Source: an uncultured Gammaproteobacteria bacterium
GTDB lineage: Bacteria > Patescibacteriota > Microgenomatia > UBA10105 > UBA927
Length of the DNA stretch: 63,105 bases
Assembly: GCA_964621305.1 (NCBI GenBank)
Contig: CAZUOM010000002.1
Span: 1 to 63,105, forward strand
Direction of reading: 5' to 3'
Below, piece by piece: positions 58,101-63,105 of this stretch. Position 1 is the stretch's first letter. Each line of letters begins with the position of its first letter. The translations under genes were made by a program, and so were the position numbers. The notes beneath the pieces were generated by a model. It was given only the letters and a program-made list of their open reading frames with translations. It did not search any database and was not told the origin of the DNA.

Positions 58101-59367
58101 CATGCGTACGAAGAAGCGTCTGAAGCGTATCTACTGCGCCAGCTAGCTCTCCCAGGTCTTCGGCAGCAAATTCTTCCAAGTCGCTGTGTGCACGAAACTG
58201 CTCGTCAAGTTCAATAAGTCGACGACGCACTTCTGGAAAAACGTCGGCTGGGAATGCCTCAAGCTCATCGGCAAGATCGGCAAATAATTCTGTCATCGAA
58301 GCTCCGCTGCGGTTTCGCCACCGTTCTTCGACCTCTATAAGCTCAGCCCGTGACTCGGCGCTAGCGCCAGCTGTCTCTCCGCCGCCGTTCCTCGGTATAA
58401 AAAACTCTTCTGTTTCGACAGCCAGTCGGCGCTGTATGGACCCAACTTCTTTGCGTATCAAGTTCCATTTGCCTAATTCGTTTGGCTTTCCTTTCTTGCC
58501 GGCCATACCCTTACTCTCTTCTGTGCCTCGATCCAGTTGCTGTTTTGCGGTCGTAAGTATTTGTTTTTCATTTTGTGCGGTATTGGGTCTTTGCAATTTT
58601 ATCTGGAGATCTTTTAGGAACTGGCGAAGGCTTTCTCGTTGGTTGTTTCTATCTTCTGCTGCCGAATCACCAGGAGACACCGACTCGTCCTCTACATGCG
58701 TGGAGAAATAATAGTCTCCCAAGCCGCGCCACAGCCTGTTGTTGTTTTTTGGAAATTCGATTGGAGGGGCGCTTTTTGCTGCCAAGGCGCGCATGTGCGC
58801 GAAAGAATTCTCAAAGACTTTTATCAGTTCTTTTTCCCCATCGGGAGTCAAATTGTGAAAATCGATAGATTGGTAGGCGCGTTGTACCTCAAACCACCAC
58901 ATGCGCGGATTTTCGGCAAACTCCTTTTGCAGCTGCAACGCGGTCACCCGAGAAACAAATTCCATGGCAACAGAGCTATGGTTTAACTCTGAAAGATCTT
59001 TAATAATTGTTTCTGGTGCTACGTTGTTGCCTTTGGCGAATTTCCAGACGGCCTCAAGGGTTGTTTTTGCTTGTTGCTGGGATTTTTCTTCATAACTATG
59101 ATCAAGCAGCCTAAATCGTGCCTGAAAGCGTTCTTGTCCGTGTTTGCTCATGGCCAGCTCAAAAATGACATTGGAGCCTCTTCGTATCTCTCCAAACCCT
59201 TCTTCTGTCTTATCGCTTCCATAGCCTAGTGCGTCAAGTGCCCGCAACACTAGTTCTTCAAATCTAGTCGGGGTGGATGGACCAGTGGGCGCAGCGGCGG
59301 ATTGTTCTGCTTCGATGATTTTTTCCACCTCGCCTGAAAAATCGATATATCCTACTTCTTTTTTCAT
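55126..59367 (-). CDS. 1413-aa hypothetical helical protein with a C-terminal TM
   Basis: Long uninterrupted ORF, charged and helical; hydrophobic ALMLTAGAALLLVLIIG near the C-terminus. Confidence 0.85.
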   Translation of the reverse strand: MKKEVGYIDFSGEVEKIIEAEQSAAAPTGPSTPTRFEELVLRALDALGYGSDKTEEGFGEIRRGSNVIFELAMSKHGQERFQARFRLLDHSYEEKSQQQAKTTLEAVWKFAKGNNVAPETIIKDLSELNHSSVAMEFVSRVTALQLQKEFAENPRMWWFEVQRAYQSIDFHNLTPDGEKELIKVFENSFAHMRALAAKSAPPIEFPKNNNRLWRGLGDYYFSTHVEDESVSPGDSAAEDRNNQRESLRQFLKDLQIKLQRPNTAQNEKQILTTAKQQLDRGTEESKGMAGKKGKPNELGKWNLIRKEVGSIQRRLAVETEEFFIPRNGGGETAGASAESRAELIEVEERWRNRSGASMTELFADLADELEAFPADVFPEVRRRLIELDEQFRAHSDLEEFAAEDLGELAGAVDTLQTLLRTHGKNMSSEQRAILEKYYRKIKTQLTLAERGEQPPNKLYLTEDEVEGMQNDPIGTVERIFNEAIEALIEDEMGPRARFLMDRLDLIESFLFSPQLGRKLLASDVFIVKSKADLMDAVLSKKKVLSIKQSGVDLSQIQNNIDAALGGLKKLTGERQRTLTVELKNFERQFSRRRREAQFIQVWMHTADANDENFKRVLNSRMKEDDFYGMDGLYGGLVQHAREILQVKYAQKIFDSRGNKQAHWDKLWKEAVDETIREMRDGKNKKRYEAVWNDYMNGRFFKEDPDSKEESALNAVMNAKGATPDGQKLLDARMKYEDACNVIGQFAKFRMIMSGEKYNMDIRFAPTVVGVNADQIPTQFFEKQKIAKLMRRFTAWQLTWGGITQGFDQTERLAMRERSAVWRLACREIDAWGEESAKDYWDKIQRFDKLEEDQQKHLYGQVKTIFSFSVDSFDELPAFSDAKSAGEKLRSLSFKKLLEETRFYNSLLIDETYGLFPYNGFSESGARRRAQFGLLSEVLGGNKDLAKQNFLTFVALESAFGYFHTTKYGHDTKHSRSKFLDEQAIVARYSPLELLFALREGESKPLRAWTDSHVPGGARGFGKHYGELSLVHRTIFRALALGEQVDYSKGLSGLNGFQDETIDQIFMIQHDNNRKQADAAKEDYFAKMKEAADYLLTPKEVTQEYGAISELTNIRYAPLLMKLRFDDYPYEFLQYPERMLSRLGKKFEDIRGKPELENIFLTRITEKTTGDTDEQSGLWRRMWRDLGGMADLFALIGETWRIEPERYLKAQEQTYKGIVGIQGVVAAKINGLLNAFGRLGMQKVYAKYGPLLEGLPDSSPIKKYAGGHAKSKSPDELLHELEVEIGTALGEKTRYRAPTVLPIEAAGRDRLGISSWDRLILGGHSNRAQIVENLQALADKPNASKLEKFIGNFAKRYLTEKNMTDAMEILEDKIPNGVIGAKALMLTAGAALLLVLIIGQEAKTGGGQQQHKSS

Positions 59368-59477
59368 ACTATTTTAGAAACTATAGGCTTTTTATACCAT
59401 ATGCCATACTAAAATGGAATATATGGTTTTCTTTATTGTATGCGGTCAGATAAACACGCGCAAGCGGCGTCGAGAGG

Positions 59478-60011
59478 CTACTCTGTAAACCACAGGCCGC
59501 GGCGAGATTCCTTGGCCTCAAGCTCGGCAGCCTGAAGACGCGGGAGCGTTACGGATTTCGCCTCTCCCCGAATGATTTTGACCTGGGCATATCCTTCCCT
59601 GACGAGCGCTTCGGCAACAAGCGTCTTCCCTGTCCAGACGTCGGCGATGGTGCGCCCGTAGGGATCTCTGGCGCGGCTCGGCTGAACGCGGACCTGCTTG
59701 TCCAAAACGAGGGACCGGTTGAGCCTTGTGGCCGCCTCTCCCCAGCGCTCACGCAGCTCCGGAGCATCAATGCCGTAATACCGGATATGCCGACCACCGG
59801 AAAGCTCGATCGTGTCCCCGTCTAAAATACGCACCACCTGATATTCGCCCTCGAGGAGCTCCTGATCCTGAGTTTTGGTTTTAGTTTGGGTTTGGCTGAC
59901 GGGAGGCGGTTGAACCGGCACATTGATCCGCGCACCAAGGAGGATGCCGGCGATAAAGACGATGGTGAGAGCAAAAGGAAAAATTGGAAGAGTGCGCTTT
60001 GCGAATATCAT
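59478..60011 (-). CDS. Membrane-anchored thermonuclease (SNase family)
   Basis: DGDT, RYYGIDAPE, D.YGR, L.REGYA, RGLW. Confidence 0.92.
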   Translation of the reverse strand: MIFAKRTLPIFPFALTIVFIAGILLGARINVPVQPPPVSQTQTKTKTQDQELLEGEYQVVRILDGDTIELSGGRHIRYYGIDAPELRERWGEAATRLNRSLVLDKQVRVQPSRARDPYGRTIADVWTGKTLVAEALVREGYAQVKIIRGEAKSVTLPRLQAAELEAKESRRGLWFTE

Positions 60012-60805
60012 GGCAGCGTAATGAACCCCTCCCGCGCCAACGCATCAAGTGCCATTGGTTTGAAGTTAGAAATATTTCTCCGCTCCTGCATCGGCAAAAA
60101 CTTGGCCAAATCCTGATAGATGTCTTTTTCCTCCCATGATTGAATTTTCTCCCGGAGCGCGTCCGGATGAAACGTCTCTTTGTAATACAAAAGCTTTGCA
60201 TTGAGGAACGAAAGAGGCAGTTTTGTATTGGTTTGCAATAAATACAAAAGATCGAACAGGTCGCGAGCTTTTTTCCGATGGATAAGCGCACGAATTTTTT
60301 CTGCCAGTATCTCTGTTTTGGACAGGTGCTCGACAATAATGATATTCGGCACGGGCAACCTGATCTGTAACGCGCTTACTTGGGGGTCAAGGACCGATTC
60401 CCGAACCGAAAAATCAAGCTTGACCGAGAGTGGGTGTTGCAGCGACGGGCCGGAGGTCAGTACTCGTGCACCATATCCCTGAATGGTTTTCACCTCTTTT
60501 ATCCGAAGACCGGGAAACTCGACGTTGAGCGTTCTTTGTATGCTCTCAAGCAGGCTCCGCGTGTCGCTTGGGGACAATCTCGTCGTGAAGTCAAGGTCTT
60601 CAGAATGGCGAATGGAGCCGGCTACAAGCCGGAGCGCCGTTCCTCCTTTGAAAAAGGAGGAGCCGGGCTTTACCTTCCGATACCACGCCTCCAGAAAGCG
60701 AATCTGAAGGTATTCGCGAAGAATCGTATTGCTATCAATCCCCCATTGCTGAGCCAGGCGGGTTGTGGTTGAAGCGTCCATCATACTATTTTGTTGGACC
60801 GGCAA
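60008..60805 (-). CDS. AbiEii-family nucleotidyltransferase toxin
   Basis: FKGGTALRL....RHSEDLDF, AEKIRA...R..ARDLFD. Confidence 0.92.
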   Translation of the reverse strand: MPVQQNSMMDASTTTRLAQQWGIDSNTILREYLQIRFLEAWYRKVKPGSSFFKGGTALRLVAGSIRHSEDLDFTTRLSPSDTRSLLESIQRTLNVEFPGLRIKEVKTIQGYGARVLTSGPSLQHPLSVKLDFSVRESVLDPQVSALQIRLPVPNIIIVEHLSKTEILAEKIRALIHRKKARDLFDLLYLLQTNTKLPLSFLNAKLLYYKETFHPDALREKIQSWEEKDIYQDLAKFLPMQERRNISNFKPMALDALAREGFITLP

Positions 60806-61371
60806 TAATTGAGAAATGAAGCGGAACGGATCTGTTTGCAGTATGACCGGAACAGGCTACGGTTGAGACGAGAGTAGTCCAGTTCGTCCAGAGGAGCCGA
60901 ACGAAGACCTTTTGAGGCAAGATACAGAAGGTCGACAAGTGCTTTTTCGGGGGTAGCGATGACGTAGGACTGCTCTTTGACAAAGCCAAAAAATAGTTGT
61001 GGAGACATGTGAACATACTCAAATGTTTGATGAAAGGTAAATTCATAGTGTCTTTTTACCGTAACCGACGTCTCAATGAAAGGGATCTGAGAAAGAATGC
61101 CATAGAGGGATAGGGCTGTTTCCAAGCTGACATAGGACGGGCCATAGGCGGCGTTGGCGATGGTAAATACCGGCGTATTGGACCCGACGACAACATAGAG
61201 GCCTCCTCTGACCCGTTCGAGAACACCTTTGTGTGTTAGCCGTTGAAGGAGCTTATAGGTAGTGTTTTCGTTGGTGATGCTAAAAATACGCTGTAGATCT
61301 ATTTTTGTCAATAATCCGATGTTCATTGCGGCGAGTTTCTGATGAATAGTCAAAAGGCTTAACGATGACAT
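60781..61371 (-). CDS. AbiEi-family antitoxin
   Basis: wHTH N-terminus, PSYVSLETALS.YG...Q, ATPEKALVD; TTGACA-N17-TATAAT upstream. Confidence 0.9.
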   Translation of the reverse strand: MSSLSLLTIHQKLAAMNIGLLTKIDLQRIFSITNENTTYKLLQRLTHKGVLERVRGGLYVVVGSNTPVFTIANAAYGPSYVSLETALSLYGILSQIPFIETSVTVKRHYEFTFHQTFEYVHMSPQLFFGFVKEQSYVIATPEKALVDLLYLASKGLRSAPLDELDYSRLNRSLFRSYCKQIRSASFLNYCRSNKIV

Positions 61372-61406
61372 AATTGGTATAATTATATACCAAAAAATGC
61401 ACCGTG

Positions 61407-63105
61407 TCAAGGTGGGGTTTTTGGATGGTAGGGGTATTTAATTGCCGGCGCCGGAGGCTTTGGTTGTTCCGACGGTTCGGTCTTCCTCCCGTATCGCTCG
61501 CGACTGCCGCCGATGACTTTATCCCGATTCTGGTTTTTACTCCGCGACAGCGGCAATGTCGTAGCCGAAAAAGGCCGCGAGGTGTGATTGTCTATAGAAA
61601 GCTTGAGAAGAGTCTGATAATTGCCCAAGCCAACCAATTCGCCTTCTTCGTACTTTTCCCCAAACTCCCGGGCGAGCATCCGCGCATCGGCCGCCCCTAC
61701 ACAGAAGGAAACCAAGGATCCAGCATTGCCAAAGATTGCCATGGCGACTTCTTCATCGATTTGCCCGATGTATTGATTGGCCAAAGACAAACAGAGGCGG
61801 TACTTACGCGCCTCAGAGAGAATTTTTACAAACGAGCTGGTGGCGAAGTTTTGAAATTCGTCCACATAAAGGTAAAAATCGCGGCGCGCTGATTCTGCCA
61901 CATAGACGCGGTTCATGGCCGCCAGCTGCATTTTGGTAATAAGCATAGCTCCCAAAAGAGCGCTGTTGTCCTCGCCCAATTTACCCTGAGAGAGATTGGC
62001 TAATATAATTTTTCCTTCGTTCATCATAGACTCCAGATTAATCGTAGAAACCGGATGGCCGATGATGTTTCTGATGGTTTGGGACGAAAGAAACTGGCCG
62101 ACCTTGTTGAGTATTGGAGACGTTGCCTCGCTTCTCATCTGTGGAGACATTTTGTTAAACTCATTGAGCCAAAAATTCTGCAAAACCCGGTCGGGCAGCT
62201 TCTCGATGGTTTTTGCGCGATACCCTTCGTTGGTCAATAGTTCTGGCACTTGAAGGAGTGTCGCCTGCGGCACGTGGGTTAGGGTCAAAATTGTGTTACG
62301 AAGGATATACTCAAGTCTGGGCCCCCAGCTGTTGTGGTAAAGTTTGTAAAAAATCGATACTATACCGCTTGCCACGAGCTCCCGAAACGTCGGATTGGAA
62401 ATTTCCAGAGGGTTAAGGTGAAACGGGTATTGGCTATCTGACGGATCCAATAGTGCTACGTCGTTGATGCGAAACGACGGCACGTAATCGAGGAGAATAT
62501 CCGTCAAGTCCCCGTGCGGGTCGATGACGGCTAGTCCCTCCCCGTTTCGCATGTCGTTAATCGCCATATTGGCGATCATGGTGGATTTGCCGGTACCGGT
62601 TTTGCCAATAACATAAACGTGTTTTCTTCTGTCCTCTTTTTTGATACCGAAGGTGGTAACTTTATTTCTGAATTCGGTTCTGCCAAAAAAATTGATGTCT
62701 GATTTTTCTTCTTCCTGCCCAGTGGCAATCGGCAAGTTTTCAGGTGCGTCACTTGCCAGTGTTGATCCCCACGAAATGTTTTTTATCATCGACAGGGTCA
62801 TGCCAGGCGGGTGCCAGAGCGTAGCCAGCTCCGCGGAGCCGAGAATCTGGTTGCGAGGCGCCGGGTCGCTTCCGCGCGAAAGAGTTGCCCGCTCCAGCTT
62901 GGCGCGCTGCCAAAACGGCGGCTCTGACAATAGTAAGTTATTGCCGCCACCTAAGGTAAATACGCCATAGGATCCGGCAACGCTTTGCATGAGCGTTTTG
63001 GCGCGCTCCTTGTTGGCTCCCACGGCAATAATACGAAGTGCTGCAGAAAATCCCACTTGGTTAATTTTTGTCTCTATCAATCTTGCGTGGGGGTGGGGCT
63101 TGGTT
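61407..63105 (-). CDS. VirD4/TraG/TrwB-like type IV coupling ATPase (5' end outside the window)
   Basis: GKTGTGKS Walker A, IDPHGD, LYVDEFQNF Walker B, SEARKYRL; the frame stays open to the window edge. Confidence 0.88.
   Translation of the reverse strand, partial: TKPHPHARLIETKINQVGFSAALRIIAVGANKERAKTLMQSVAGSYGVFTLGGGNNLLLSEPPFWQRAKLERATLSRGSDPAPRNQILGSAELATLWHPPGMTLSMIKNISWGSTLASDAPENLPIATGQEEEKSDINFFGRTEFRNKVTTFGIKKEDRRKHVYVIGKTGTGKSTMIANMAINDMRNGEGLAVIDPHGDLTDILLDYVPSFRINDVALLDPSDSQYPFHLNPLEISNPTFRELVASGIVSIFYKLYHNSWGPRLEYILRNTILTLTHVPQATLLQVPELLTNEGYRAKTIEKLPDRVLQNFWLNEFNKMSPQMRSEATSPILNKVGQFLSSQTIRNIIGHPVSTINLESMMNEGKIILANLSQGKLGEDNSALLGAMLITKMQLAAMNRVYVAESARRDFYLYVDEFQNFATSSFVKILSEARKYRLCLSLANQYIGQIDEEVAMAIFGNAGSLVSFCVGAADARMLAREFGEKYEEGELVGLGNYQTLLKLSIDNHTSRPFSATTLPLSRSKNQNRDKVIGGSRERYGRKTEPSEQPKPPAPAIKYPYHPKTPP

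Noticed and set aside
59870-59897. 6-nt repeats in the thermonuclease gene
   Set aside because: They encode a T/Q/K linker with period 6; a normal low-complexity spacer.

Overview
63 kb of a small-genome bacterium. Gene content and style fit Patescibacteria/CPR, probably Microgenomates-like (inference). Contents, left to right: the 5' part of a 23S rRNA gene with tRNA-Ala and its own promoter but no linked 16S; a vapBC-hydrolase operon; groESL with a CIRCE-like operator; tsaD, valS, sodA; two class A PBPs flanking a 942-aa glycosyltransferase/nucleotidyltransferase fusion; rpoD-dnaG; four more tRNAs; an isoprenoid operon (uppS, ipk, idi-like, polyprenyl synthase); eight VirB2-like pilins with VirB6- and VirD4-like genes; and four toxin-antitoxin-type modules. 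The strongest signals not explained by gene calls are: (1) a family of 7/8-nt tandem micro-repeats and short palindromes inserted in-frame into housekeeping genes, with one palindrome also in the 23S rRNA; (2) a terminator/antiterminator pair in the rRNA leader; (3) two genes split at an identical ATA-AAA-AAA tract; (4) a 23-bp direct repeat bracketing a TA module; (5) pilins with 5-7 aa leaders; (6) pervasive -10 boxes 6-10 nt upstream of start codons. Family names come from motif recognition only; no database searches were run. No CRISPR array, integrase or transposase was seen.
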